A DNA stretch of 64,000 nt. Origin: Synechococcales cyanobacterium (GTDB lineage: Bacteria; Cyanobacteriota; Cyanobacteriia; CAKZMO01). The stretch lies in contig JAYKGU010000021.1 in the NCBI GenBank assembly GCA_035285585.1, positions 3,283 to 67,282 of the forward strand. Reading direction: 5' to 3'. Both the position numbers and the translations under genes were made by a program. Below, piece by piece: positions 9,436-19,472 of the stretch (the first letter of the stretch is position 1; every line of letters begins with the position of its first letter). The notes beneath the pieces are model-generated. The model did no database searches. It had not been told where the DNA came from and saw only the letters and a list, made by a program, of their open reading frames with translations.

Positions 9436-11508
9436 GTGTTAAGCCAATCTGGAGCATCCCTCAAATCGTCACAGTATCGTCGGCTTGGCCTGGTAGGGCA
9501 GGGACAGTTTGGTCAGGTGTATTGTGCTGTGCATCGCCAAACCGGACGACTAGTTGCCTTGAAAAACCTGGAGAAGGAGCGGTTTCCCACCCGGCAGTTT
9601 TTGCGGGAGTTGCGGTTTCTGCTGAGTTTGCGGCACCCCAACATCGTTACCTGCTACGCGCTGGAGCACACTCGCACCGGTCGATATCTGGTGATGGACT
9701 ACTGCGAGGGCGGCACCTTACGCAGTCTGATGGTTGACGGACGACACCTGACGCTGCGCTACAGCGTCAAGCTGGTGATGGATATTCTCATGGGGCTGGA
9801 ACACGCCCACAAGCAGGGCATTGTCCACTGCGACATCAAGCCTGAGAATATTCTGCTGAGTCTCCGGTCGGACGGTTGGCTGGCAAAAATTTCAGACTTT
9901 GGCATCGCCCGCCTCAATCAGGAATACTCTCGACAACATGCAGGCAATACCGGGTCGCCTGCCTACATGGCCCCAGAACGCTTCTACGGTCAATATTCCC
10001 CCACCGCCGACCTGTACTCGGTCGGTATTTTATTATTTGAGTTGATTGCGGGGCGGCGACCCTTTTCGGGGACGCCCGTGGCCCTGATGTCAGCCCACCT
10101 GAATCAAGCCGTCGAGTTTCCCGAACGAATTCCTGCTACGCTGCGACCGATTATCCAAAAATCCCTCCAGAAACTTTCTGCACGACGCTACCAGTCGGCG
10201 ACGGAGATGCTGGCAGACCTGGGAGCGATCGCCACCACCGCCGGTTGGGATTTTGCTCCTGAGGCGCGATCGCCCGTCACCATGCCTCCTCTGATGGAAC
10301 TGGAGACTCTCGCCCCGGTTTGTCAGCTTACAGGTTGGAAATGCGAACCCCTGCAGTATGCCGCCAACCAGTTGGTGTTTTGCTCTTTACCCGTGCGATC
10401 GCCCTCAGTCTTACCTTTCAACGAAGGACAACACAAACAGGCTGGGCTGCCTCCCCACCTTTTTTACGCTAGTGCCCACCGCGTTGCCGTCCGTCCGTTA
10501 CTACTCTCCCCAACTGCCGAGATGGGGGGAGCGGGCTGCATTGTTGGCAAAAGCTGGCAGATTACCCACCTACCCGAACCCGTTCAGCAACTGCTGGCCA
10601 GCCCAGTGGGATGCTTTGCCCTTACCCGCAATGCGGTCTATCGGCTTGAGCCTCATGGGGATCAGGATGAGCTGGTGCCCTATCTGGTTCACCAGTTGGA
10701 GCAAGACTGCGTCGCCACCATTGATGCCAGGGGCCGCTGGCTGGCCGCTGTGGCGGATCTGCGCAAAATTCGCCCCCAAACGGGATTTAGTACCCTCCAG
10801 TTTTATCCGCTGCTGGCCTCAGGCGGGGGGAAATTGGCCAGCCATCCAATCCGTCTGGCCAATGCAGGAGCTTCCTCAGAGTTACTGCGCATTGTGGCAC
10901 TGGATTCACGACACGTTGCGGTCATTTCAGAGTGCCCACGGCGAAAATCCTACTGCCGGATTCAAGACACCCGTGACAGGTCCCGTCATGTTCCCTGTAG
11001 GTATATGGATCGACCGAATGAAAGCCACGCAGCCAGCGATAGGGAGTACGAGGGGGGCGATCGCTCCCTCTCGCCAGGGGAACTCGGCACCCATATTGAA
11101 GTGGTAACTCGGCGGGGCACACGGCTGGGGGCACTTTACCTACCCATTCTGCTCAAAGCCGCCATCAAAACCGACAAGCCCTACCAGCTTCTGGCCGTCG
11201 ATCGCCAGGATTCCCACTCCATTCTGGTGATTGATCTGAAGCCATTTCGGGTGGCGCGTATCCCGGTCGAGATTGAACCGCACTTCCTGATGACAACTCC
11301 ATGGGGCTACCTGGTAATGGACGAATGGGGCCAGATGCTCATCCTTGACCGCGACGGCTACGGCGTTAATCGGGTGGAGGGGCCGACCGGGCCAACGGCG
11401 ATCGCCCTCATGGATGACCGCCACCTCTGGGTAGCCAGCCAGAATAAAGGGCAGACCTACCTGCACGGGTTTGACCTTAAAGAAATGGGAGTTGACTTGC
11501 TGCTATGA
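9436..11508 (+). CDS. Hanks-type Ser/Thr protein kinase with a ~400-aa uncharacterised C-terminal domain
   Basis: GQGQFGQVY...ALK (ATP site), HCDIKPENILL (catalytic loop), DFGIAR, SPAYMAPE. Confidence 0.85.
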   Translation: MLSQSGASLKSSQYRRLGLVGQGQFGQVYCAVHRQTGRLVALKNLEKERFPTRQFLRELRFLLSLRHPNIVTCYALEHTRTGRYLVMDYCEGGTLRSLMVDGRHLTLRYSVKLVMDILMGLEHAHKQGIVHCDIKPENILLSLRSDGWLAKISDFGIARLNQEYSRQHAGNTGSPAYMAPERFYGQYSPTADLYSVGILLFELIAGRRPFSGTPVALMSAHLNQAVEFPERIPATLRPIIQKSLQKLSARRYQSATEMLADLGAIATTAGWDFAPEARSPVTMPPLMELETLAPVCQLTGWKCEPLQYAANQLVFCSLPVRSPSVLPFNEGQHKQAGLPPHLFYASAHRVAVRPLLLSPTAEMGGAGCIVGKSWQITHLPEPVQQLLASPVGCFALTRNAVYRLEPHGDQDELVPYLVHQLEQDCVATIDARGRWLAAVADLRKIRPQTGFSTLQFYPLLASGGGKLASHPIRLANAGASSELLRIVALDSRHVAVISECPRRKSYCRIQDTRDRSRHVPCRYMDRPNESHAASDREYEGGDRSLSPGELGTHIEVVTRRGTRLGALYLPILLKAAIKTDKPYQLLAVDRQDSHSILVIDLKPFRVARIPVEIEPHFLMTTPWGYLVMDEWGQMLILDRDGYGVNRVEGPTGPTAIALMDDRHLWVASQNKGQTYLHGFDLKEMGVDLLL

Positions 11509-11656
11509 CCCCCAGTGGCTGCAGGATTAACAAATCTTGAGGGGCGGGCACCATCTCTCCCCGAAAGTCTAGAAGCTGCACCACCGCCAGATAGGCAAAG
11601 CTCAGCAGTAGGGCGATCGCCCCAGTAATAATGGCGACAATTTTTGATCGATCCAT
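11477..11656 (-). CDS. Candidate 59-aa single-TM small protein (below the ORF-track cutoff)
   Basis: Translated by hand: MDRSKIVAIITGAIALLLSFAYLAVVQLLDFRGEMVPAPQDLLILQPLGVIAASQLPFL; hydrophobic helix; overlaps the convergent kinase 3' end. Confidence 0.25.
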   Translation of the reverse strand: MDRSKIVAIITGAIALLLSFAYLAVVQLLDFRGEMVPAPQDLLILQPLGVIAASQLPFL

Positions 11657-11870
11657 CTTTCGCTCCGCCGTTTAAATTTTGAAGTTCTGCTTGCATTATC
11701 TCCCAGGACAAGGGGGCAGCGCTGTGGGAAGACGGCATTTCAAAAACACCGCGCCCTAAATCGGGAGTTAAGTGGTTGAACAAAACTATTTTCGTGGGGG
11801 TGTGCGCCCCCACAAGCTGTAATTAATTGTGCTTGAGCACTTAATCCTAAACAATGGAGGCTGGGGTTAG

Positions 11871-12200
11871 CTAAAAATCATCCGTAGGCAGGAACGTCTC
11901 AAACTCATCACGGTTTGCGTATACCTCAAACTTATCCGTCAGGCCAGCCCGCTCCAGCTCTGCCAGAGTTTGCGAGTTAAGGGAGCACAGCGATAGTTTT
12001 GCCCCCGCACGCCGCACCCGATTGCGAACAATCATCAGGGTGCCAATCCCGCTGCTGTCAATAGTTTCCACCTGACACAGATCGATGAGCAACAGTTGTG
12101 CTCCGGCTTCAAGCTGAAGATTGACCCAATACAGCAAGTCAGGGGCGATGTTCGTACCAAGGGTGGAAGTAGCGGGTTCATAGATGGAGGCATTCGTCAT
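11871..12200 (-). CDS. STAS-domain anti-sigma-factor antagonist (SpoIIAA-like)
   Basis: STAS pattern LLLIDLCQVETIDSSGIGTLM...AKLSLCSL; 109 aa. Confidence 0.75.
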   Translation of the reverse strand: MTNASIYEPATSTLGTNIAPDLLYWVNLQLEAGAQLLLIDLCQVETIDSSGIGTLMIVRNRVRRAGAKLSLCSLNSQTLAELERAGLTDKFEVYANRDEFETFLPTDDF

Positions 12201-12399
12201 TAGCAGAGTAAATCTGATGAGACGGCAACATAGGAGTCGAATTAATCTCCTTCCACCAATATCCAGCTCTCTTAACTCGGATCAGGAACTTGCCTTCGGG
12301 TTCCGACTTAAAGCGGCCCAAAATTAGCGGGAGGTTTGAAGTGGACCCAATCTTCCGCCTCAAGTTGATATAGCGTTACGCTTTCGCATTAGGATATTT

Positions 12400-12460
12400 A
12401 AGAGGGGTAGAACCCATACGTCGCGGGGGTTCCACACTCAAACCTTAGCCCGTAGGGCCA
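12400..12460. repeat. Dispersed repeat family A (hairpin-containing; second copy at 45540..45605 in inverted orientation)
   Basis: cgtcgcgggggttccacactcaaaccttagcccgtagggccatacc; the reverse complement of 45541-45603 matches with one or two mismatches. Confidence 0.7.
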
Positions 12461-12753
12461 TACCCTTTACCTTCTGTATTTGCCCAGCCCCCCTGGTAAC
12501 AAGAGAGTTTTAAGGGCACCTCGATTAATTGCCTTGTTGCGAATCTATAAAGCCTGCAACCATTGGAATTTCCCCGTCATTCTCAATAAGTATCTGGCCA
12601 CAAATAAAGCAAGTGGAGTTCAAAACCCCACCATAGCATCGTTTATTTATGGCTACCTACTTAGGATCTGTATTTTTCTTCGATCGGCGTAGAATTCTAT
12701 GACTCTACAGGTCGGATAATTACAGGTCATCTAAACTCACGATCCTAAGTTCC

Positions 12754-13224
12754 TCAGCTCAGCCGAGCTGTACACTCCAGAATGAGCTTTTGGTTAATTA
12801 AAGCGTAGGGTTGAATCTCCAGAGCGCGACGAAATGCCCGGATAGCGAGCTGATAGTTGCCCAAAGCTGCATAGCACAACCCCATGCCGTGCAGCGCCCC
12901 GAAATGAAACGGGGCCAATTCAATCACCGCCTGACAGTCGGCCAGCGATTTACGATATTGCTCCCGCATGTAGTACAAAACAGCACGGCGGTTCCAGGCT
13001 TCAATAAAATCAGGCTGATCGCGGATGAGATCAGTGAGGAGCGTTTCGGCTTCCAGATACTCCCCAGCTTGCAGCGCGATTTGGCTTTGCTGGAGGATGC
13101 TCAGGCCGTAATCTCCCTTTTGCTGAAACCAGCCCTGCCAGAGCTGGTGAGTTGCTTGTTCTCGAACCGCTTCATCTGGATGCTTCAGCTCTTCAAGTAA
13201 AACCCTCAGGGTGGTTTCATCCAT
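12754..13224 (-). CDS. TPR repeat protein
   Basis: Three or more TPR-like units (AWNRRAVLYYMREQYRKSLADCQAVIELAP...). Confidence 0.6.
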   Translation of the reverse strand: MDETTLRVLLEELKHPDEAVREQATHQLWQGWFQQKGDYGLSILQQSQIALQAGEYLEAETLLTDLIRDQPDFIEAWNRRAVLYYMREQYRKSLADCQAVIELAPFHFGALHGMGLCYAALGNYQLAIRAFRRALEIQPYALINQKLILECTARLS

Positions 13225-13325
13225 GACTAGGTGCCTTTGCGGGTAACGACTGCTGCTGATATCCAGCTGATATCAAAGGTTAAAGAACCCGATTTCAGTC
13301 TAGCGTCTGTTTATCAGCACGCGGG

Positions 13326-14336
13326 TCATCTGGCGATCGCCCCCCACCCTTGAGCACCAAACCCCATAAGCCAGAGGGGAATCGTGAGAACCAATAACCC
13401 CGTTGTTAAGACAATGCTGCTGGCAATCAAATCGCGATCGAGGTCGTATTCTTCCGCCAGGATCAGTCCTGCGAAGGCCGTCGGCATCCCCGACATCAGC
13501 ACCAGCGCCAGCCGGGCATCGGAAGCTAGACCCATCTCAGATGCCACCAATCCGACCAGGGCGGGCAGCACCAGCACCTTAATAGCCGCAGGCAGCAGAC
13601 TTAACCGCAGGCTCTGCCAGCCCCGAATCTGGCTGATGCGCATCCCCAGCAGCGCTAGCGCTAGCGGAATAACAATGCCAACGGAGGCATGAAGCCCGGT
13701 TTCCAGGGGGAGTGGGAGGGGCACATTTTGAGTAGCCACCCCCACCCCGAAGGCCCAGAGGGAGGGAACCGTCAGCACATCTCGCAGAATCATCCACCAG
13801 CGACGCGTGGGAGCCGATCGCCCAAAGTAGCTGGCAATGAGCACCCCCAGGCCATAGGTGCCAACAATGTTATGGGTAACGCTGTAGGACACGATCCAGC
13901 TCAGATGGGAGTCACTGACGAAAATGGGGGCGATCGCCAGCCCTACAAACCCCGTATTGCCGATAGCTGAGGAGATGAGGAAACTGCCCTGCCGCGACTG
14001 GTTTTCCCAGCCCAACTGAACATTCCAGGCCTGGCCAGTGTCAGGATAGGCCGGTTCGGGAGCGCTGGGGTTGACTCGCCGCAAAGCCTGAAGGGCGAAC
14101 CAGGCCATTGGGATGGACACCAACAACACTGCAATTGTAAAAGCAGGCGAAAGCCCTACCTCTGCTGAAAAACGGGTCTGGCGCGTGAGCGCCAGAATTT
14201 CCAGCGGCACCCCCACCCAAAACAAGGCACGCCCCAGTAAACGAGGTACCTGGTCGGGCAAAACTAGAAACAACAAAAAACCCAGCACCGTCCAGCCCAA
14301 GAGGGGGACGTATGCCTGCAACAGCATATCCGTCAT
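13326..14336 (-). CDS. Membrane transporter, auxin-efflux-carrier (AEC) family-like
   Basis: ~10 predicted TM helices; N-terminal LPLLGWTVLGFLLF pattern typical of AEC permeases. Confidence 0.5.
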   Translation of the reverse strand: MTDMLLQAYVPLLGWTVLGFLLFLVLPDQVPRLLGRALFWVGVPLEILALTRQTRFSAEVGLSPAFTIAVLLVSIPMAWFALQALRRVNPSAPEPAYPDTGQAWNVQLGWENQSRQGSFLISSAIGNTGFVGLAIAPIFVSDSHLSWIVSYSVTHNIVGTYGLGVLIASYFGRSAPTRRWWMILRDVLTVPSLWAFGVGVATQNVPLPLPLETGLHASVGIVIPLALALLGMRISQIRGWQSLRLSLLPAAIKVLVLPALVGLVASEMGLASDARLALVLMSGMPTAFAGLILAEEYDLDRDLIASSIVLTTGLLVLTIPLWLMGFGAQGWGAIAR

Positions 14337-14466
14337 GCAGTTTTGCGCCCTGGTGCGGCGTCACGGTTAAAAATTAGGGTAAGTCCCCTAGAACTCATCC
14401 TAAGGATAGCGGATGGGGTTACTCCTTTAGATTCCTGGCGCAGATGTAGATTCCTGGCGCAGATGA

Positions 14467-16725
14467 CTAGCGCAGGTCAATAGACTGCACTTTCCACCCG
14501 TTTTCATCTCGAACCAGGTCGTAGCTGACCTGTACCTCGCTGTCGTAGGACTGGGACAGGTCGAGCTGGCCATTCTTATAAAAATTGCCTACTTCTGTGA
14601 CTGTGGCGTAGATGGTTGCCTGATCGGGGGTTTCCTCTTCCCATTCCACCGACTCCACCGTCAGGTTGGGATGTTCGTACTCCAGATACCAGCCGCCTGC
14701 CTGGGCCGACGTGGACTGCCCCTGCCACTTATCTAGCAGCGAGCCAACCAGAATCTCACTCAGCGCTTCCGCATTGTGATTTTCGCCCATGGCTGCCGAT
14801 TTGGCTGCCAGCCAGGCACGAATGACCTCAATAGCCCCTGCTTCGGTCAGTTCTCCCTCGGCACTGCTGAGGGCGGGGGGTGGTTCGTTCGGGTCGGGGA
14901 TGGTAACAACGGGCTGATTCAGAGAGATTTGGAGTTGCTCACCCTGGAGGGCTGAGGTCTGCGATCGCTGACTCAGCAAACCGTACACCCAACTTGCCAG
15001 AATCCAGAGGATAATTATTCCGATGACCCCCATGGCCGCCAGGAAGAGTAGCCGATCCAACCGGGGGGGCTGGCCTTTGCCAACTCCCCGGCGGCTGAGG
15101 ACGGTTCCTGCAGGGGTTTTTAGCTCGGTCTTGGGGATGGTGTCTGTAGACCGCGATCGCCAGTTGCGCGGCGGTGAGCCGCCATTGCTGCTATCCAACT
15201 CCCGCTGGCTGAGACGGCCCTCCGGGGACAATTGGGAAACCCGCTCTGCCACAGGGAGGGTGGCCATGGGGGTGCTGGCCTGCCCATTGCCGTAGGCTGA
15301 GTTGCCCACGGTGGCGGTGGCTGCCCCAATACGAGCGTAGCGATCGCCATCGGGCGTCGCGGCTCCGTTGCCAAAGCGAGACTGGCTGCGCCCGTAGCCG
15401 ACCGGGGTCGCCACTTCCCAATCACCTGTATGTTCAGCCTCGTGGGGCATGTTTTCCAGATAGCTTTGCACCTCCGCATCTGCGAAGTAGTCTTTCAGGG
15501 ACGTGGTTTCTTCGGCCAAATCTCGGAAGTGAGGGAACACTTCGCCCTGGAGCCACTGCTCAGCATAGAGACACAGCCCCGGCAGCAGGTCGGGGGCACC
15601 GCGAGAATGTTCTTGAATATAGGCAAGGGCGTCCTGCTCGCTGCTCTGCTCGAGAAATTGGCTGGCTTCTGCTGTCTGCCCCAGTAGCAGGGCACAAATT
15701 GACTGCTCCAGGCTGACATCCTGTCGGACGCTCAGCCGCACCAGCAGCAGTTGGGCGCGGCGGACGAGGGCGGGCTGCCGGTAGGCAAAACCGCCAGCAA
15801 TCAGCGCATAAACCGCTAGATAGGTAGCCACGGCTGAGGGACGACGGGCCTCGGTTTCGAACAAACTTTGCTGTTCTGCAACCGTGAGGTAGCTGCGGAG
15901 CTGCTGAATAAACCGCAGAAAGTCGTCAGTACCTAACCCGGACTGATCGTTGCCGCTGCCGTCGATTCCTCCCCGCTCGTGGAGCATATCCTGTAGCAGG
16001 CGCAACCCCTTGTAGCGCTCTGCCTCGTTTGCCTCAGGGAGGGCAAGCAGCTCAAGAATTCGGTAGGGGCGTAGTTTAAATAAATCGGCTTGCATTTCAC
16101 CTCTGACGCTGGCAAATAACCCTTCTCTTAGCAGTAGTTCCTGTCCTGTTTCCAATGATTCTGCCGCATTTTCGTACTGCCCTTGCTGCCACTGCTCCCG
16201 TCCTAGCTCTAAACACGCCAGGGCAATGGTCAGGACAATGTCAGCCCCCACAATATCGGGTGCGCCAAATCGACCGCTCTCCAGGCTGACGTTGCCACTG
16301 CTAAGGTAGGGGCGGCCTAGCCGCAAGACCAGCTCATATTCGCCCAGCTCAAGCAAAATCAGCAGCGCCCCCACCAGCTGATCGTCTCGCACCTCAATGC
16401 GCGGTGTATAAGAGTCAGCTACGTCAGCGGTGGCAAAGGAGGAAAATTCATCAGTGGGTCGATCGGCGGACGGGGCTTCATCCTGCGCCTGAATGGTTTC
16501 GTAGGATCTGGCTAGAAAATTGGCGTCATAGGCTTGTCGCTGGGTGGAGTCGCTGAGGATCTCGTAAGCTTCGTCGATGAGTTGACGTCGCACGGCGATC
16601 GCCACTTCCGAGTACTCGCGCCGGGGAAGTTGCAGGGTGCGATCGCGGTGGGCGTGCCTGAGCTGCTCGTCAGTCGCCTGAATGGGAAGTCCTAAAATTC
16701 GGTAATAATCAAGCGGTATTTGCAC
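14467..16725 (-). CDS. zipN: Cell division protein ZipN/Ftn2 (ARC6 homolog)
   Basis: N-terminal J-like domain MQIPLDYYRILGLPIQAT; central TM helix (LLFLAAMGVIGIIILWILASW); C-terminal ARC6-like domain. Confidence 0.7.
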   Translation of the reverse strand: MQIPLDYYRILGLPIQATDEQLRHAHRDRTLQLPRREYSEVAIAVRRQLIDEAYEILSDSTQRQAYDANFLARSYETIQAQDEAPSADRPTDEFSSFATADVADSYTPRIEVRDDQLVGALLILLELGEYELVLRLGRPYLSSGNVSLESGRFGAPDIVGADIVLTIALACLELGREQWQQGQYENAAESLETGQELLLREGLFASVRGEMQADLFKLRPYRILELLALPEANEAERYKGLRLLQDMLHERGGIDGSGNDQSGLGTDDFLRFIQQLRSYLTVAEQQSLFETEARRPSAVATYLAVYALIAGGFAYRQPALVRRAQLLLVRLSVRQDVSLEQSICALLLGQTAEASQFLEQSSEQDALAYIQEHSRGAPDLLPGLCLYAEQWLQGEVFPHFRDLAEETTSLKDYFADAEVQSYLENMPHEAEHTGDWEVATPVGYGRSQSRFGNGAATPDGDRYARIGAATATVGNSAYGNGQASTPMATLPVAERVSQLSPEGRLSQRELDSSNGGSPPRNWRSRSTDTIPKTELKTPAGTVLSRRGVGKGQPPRLDRLLFLAAMGVIGIIILWILASWVYGLLSQRSQTSALQGEQLQISLNQPVVTIPDPNEPPPALSSAEGELTEAGAIEVIRAWLAAKSAAMGENHNAEALSEILVGSLLDKWQGQSTSAQAGGWYLEYEHPNLTVESVEWEEETPDQATIYATVTEVGNFYKNGQLDLSQSYDSEVQVSYDLVRDENGWKVQSIDLR

Positions 16726-17220
16726 AATTTAAGTCCCCAAGAGTCGGCTACTCCACGCGCATCACTTTTAATAAACTGCCGTCAGCACCATTGATGGCCA
16801 GCACTGTTTCTAGTAATGGTACGAAACCTGAATCGCAATAGGTAGATGTGCTATGTAAAGTATTGCGTAGCAAAGGGGCGATCGCTGGCGTTTTCATTTG
16901 ATGACTGGTTCAAACTTTCGGCACCCCACGCCCAGCCTTATCTGTCATGCCCACTTAGCTAGAGATTATGCCAGCATAACGCTGCCAGTGCGTGAATATA
17001 TTAAACTGCTGGTTCCCAGTCCGCAAGCAATTAGCTACGCCACCCATGGAGATAGGCCGCCTTTCGGACTGGGGTAATTTTTATCAGGACGGGGCCGGAT
17101 CCCTGGGGCCGGATCCCTTAAGATGTGGAATGAGCAGATGCGACATTGGAAGAGTGGGGCATCTGCAGGTTATTTTATTGAAATAAGCGAAATATATAGA
17201 GAAGGATCCAAGTCAGCCAA

Positions 17221-18249
17221 ATGGTTCAAGAAAGAACATTACCCGTATTATCCACCCAAGCAACTGTGACCCGTGAAGAAGGCTTGGTTCTCTACGAAGA
17301 CATGGTGCTGGGCCGCACCTTTGAAGATAAGTGTGCCGAAATGTACTATCGCGGGAAAATGTTCGGCTTTGTTCACCTTTACAACGGTCAGGAAGCCGTC
17401 TCCACTGGGGTGATTAAGGCTATGCGCCCCGATGACTTTGTGTGTAGTACTTACCGCGACCACGTCCATGCGCTGAGTGCTGGCGTCCCAGCGCGGGAAG
17501 TAATGGGTGAGCTATTTGGCAAAGAAACCGGCTGCAGCAGGGGGCGCGGCGGCTCCATGCACCTGTTTTCCGCTAAGCACAACTTGCTCGGAGGGTTTGC
17601 CTTCGTGGCGGAAGGGATTCCCGTGGGCACCGGGGCCGCTTTTCAGTCTAAATATCGGCGGGAAGTCTTGGGGGACGAAACCGCTGACCAGGTTACCGCC
17701 TGCTTCTTTGGCGATGGGGCCAGCAACAATGGCCAGTTCTTCGAATGCCTGAACATGGCCTCCCTGTGGAAGCTGCCGATTATCTATGTGGTAGAAAACA
17801 ACAAATGGGCGATCGGCATGGCCCACGACCGGGCCACCTCCCAGCCGGAGATTTTCAAAAAGGCCAGCGTCTTTGACATGGTAGGCGTTGAGGTAGATGG
17901 CATGGATGTGCTGGCGGTGCGTGCGGTTGCGCAAGAGGCGATCGCCCGTGCCCGTGCTGGAGAAGGCCCAACCCTCATTGAAGCGCTCACCTATCGCTTC
18001 CGCGGTCATTCCCTGGCCGACCCCGACGAGCTTCGCTCCAAGAGCGAGAAAGACACCTGGCTGGCCCGCGACCCCATTACCCGGCTCGCCAACTATCTGG
18101 TTGAGCACAACCTGGCGTCTCAGGATGACCTGAAAGCCATTGACCAGAAGATTCAGCAGGTCGTCGTCGATGCGGTCAAGTTTGCGGAAGAGAGTCCAGA
18201 ACCCAAACCCAGCGACCTCTATCGCTTTGTCTTCGCCGAAGACGAGTAG
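17221..18249 (+). CDS. pdhA: Pyruvate dehydrogenase E1 component alpha subunit
   Basis: TPP-binding [35 protein letters not shown]; 342 aa. Confidence 0.9.
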   Translation: MVQERTLPVLSTQATVTREEGLVLYEDMVLGRTFEDKCAEMYYRGKMFGFVHLYNGQEAVSTGVIKAMRPDDFVCSTYRDHVHALSAGVPAREVMGELFGKETGCSRGRGGSMHLFSAKHNLLGGFAFVAEGIPVGTGAAFQSKYRREVLGDETADQVTACFFGDGASNNGQFFECLNMASLWKLPIIYVVENNKWAIGMAHDRATSQPEIFKKASVFDMVGVEVDGMDVLAVRAVAQEAIARARAGEGPTLIEALTYRFRGHSLADPDELRSKSEKDTWLARDPITRLANYLVEHNLASQDDLKAIDQKIQQVVVDAVKFAEESPEPKPSDLYRFVFAEDE

Positions 18250-18281
18250 CACATCCAGTTCTGTGGGAGGCAGGCAGCACC

Positions 18282-18542
18282 ATGGTAGACCCCCGGCTTT
18301 ATGACGACCAGTCATTTGTGGTGCTGGCAACCAATCAGCCAGAGGAAATCGTCACCCGCGACGAACTGCTGAGCCGCCTCCAACAGATTCTGACCCACCG
18401 GCAGGATCACCTCCCCCGAGATCTTCAGCACCTCTCCGAGATTGATGAGCAGGCCGAATACCTGCTCGACACATCCTGTGAGCTGGATATGGGAGCGGGG
18501 GAGTTTCTCCAGTGGTACGCTGTGCGACTGGAAAAAGAGTAA
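18282..18542 (+). CDS. Small acidic hypothetical protein
   Basis: ORF immediately downstream of pdhA on the same strand; no motif recognised. Confidence 0.3.
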   Translation: MVDPRLYDDQSFVVLATNQPEEIVTRDELLSRLQQILTHRQDHLPRDLQHLSEIDEQAEYLLDTSCELDMGAGEFLQWYAVRLEKE

Positions 18543-18587
18543 CCCCTGAATCGCCAAACTTCGATAGCGACGGGATAGAGTCTCTGC

Positions 18588-19178
18588 CTACCGCTCACCT
18601 ACCTGATGGTTGATGCTAGGATCGGCAACCAGGGCCAGTTCCACCTTATCCTCTCGAAAGGAGTTCAAAACAGCCCGAACCCCCGGGCCAAAAAAGCGCT
18701 CAATTTTCTCCTGCTTTCCTGCCCAAACATCAAACGGCAGCAGGGGCGAATCAAACGTCAGCACCAGACGATAGGCGTTGTCAATGCACTCTTCGCGAAT
18801 GCTTTCGAGGTTCGGGCGCTCTTCATCAGTGGGGCTGAGGCCCAAGTATTCCAGGGTGGTATCCAGGTGGGCTTCTTGCCCATAGCGATACCGGGTAACG
18901 TCTTTGCGGATCTGCTTTTGGGTGGGCGTTGCCTGCTGTTCGCGAACGGCAACCACATCATCGGGGGTGGGCGGCACCATGGGCACAGGCTTTAGCTCAG
19001 CCGCTTTAAGGGCAAACCCGCCCAGCAATAGGGGAATTCCGTAGAAGAAGCCAACCAGATTGAGGGTGGCGTTGTCAGAAAAATAGGCAACAAAGCCAAT
19101 AACGCTCAGCACGCCGCCAACAATCAGTCCAAGGCTGCCAAGTGAGGTGCGCGGTAACATGGGGGAATGGGCCTCCAT
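18588..19178 (-). CDS. Hypothetical membrane protein (two N-terminal TM helices plus a soluble domain)
   Basis: Hydrophobic N-terminus LGLIVGGVLSVIGFVAYF / LVGFFYGIPLLLGGFAL. Confidence 0.4.
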   Translation of the reverse strand: MEAHSPMLPRTSLGSLGLIVGGVLSVIGFVAYFSDNATLNLVGFFYGIPLLLGGFALKAAELKPVPMVPPTPDDVVAVREQQATPTQKQIRKDVTRYRYGQEAHLDTTLEYLGLSPTDEERPNLESIREECIDNAYRLVLTFDSPLLPFDVWAGKQEKIERFFGPGVRAVLNSFREDKVELALVADPSINHQVGER

Positions 19179-19272
19179 TGTGATTAGAAAGATTAACGAA
19201 TTTTGCTCACGCTGCTACCCTAAACAAGGGTACTTAAGGGCAACGCTCACCGTTGTAAGGAAAACATCAGTA

Positions 19273-19449
19273 TGGAACCAGCGAATCTTCGTCAGCGTAT
19301 CAGCGTTATCCAGGACAAGCGTGAATCACTCGTGCGGCTCCTCGAACAGCCGGACTTGGGAACGCTACGGATTGACGTTAACCAGGCCCTTGAGGAACTG
19401 GACGACCTACTCGATGAGTTTAAGCGCACCTTCCCAGAGGTTGAGTAGC
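19273..19449 (+). CDS. Candidate 58-aa coiled-coil small protein (below the ORF-track cutoff)
   Basis: Hand translation MEPANLRQRISVIQDKRESLVRLLEQPDLGTLRIDVNQALEELDDLLDEFKRTFPEVE; clean ATG..TAG in the intergenic gap. Confidence 0.3.
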
Positions 19450-19472
19450 TCACCGGGGCAGCGAACGTCAGC

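Noticed and set aside
11457-11813. 118-aa minus-strand ORF in the kinase-STAS intergenic region
   Set aside because: No RBS and no motifs; it overlaps the better-supported 59-aa TM peptide frame and the kinase 3' end. Likely spurious.
15023-15719. Several 74-119-aa ORFs on both strands inside the zipN/ftn2 gene
   Set aside because: Embedded in the Pro/Ala/Gly-rich linker region of Ftn2; reverse/alternate frames of a GC-rich low-complexity segment.
17095-17130. cggggccggatccct x2 direct repeat upstream of pdhA
   Set aside because: Only two copies of 15 bp; could be chance or a small duplication. Not enough to call an element.
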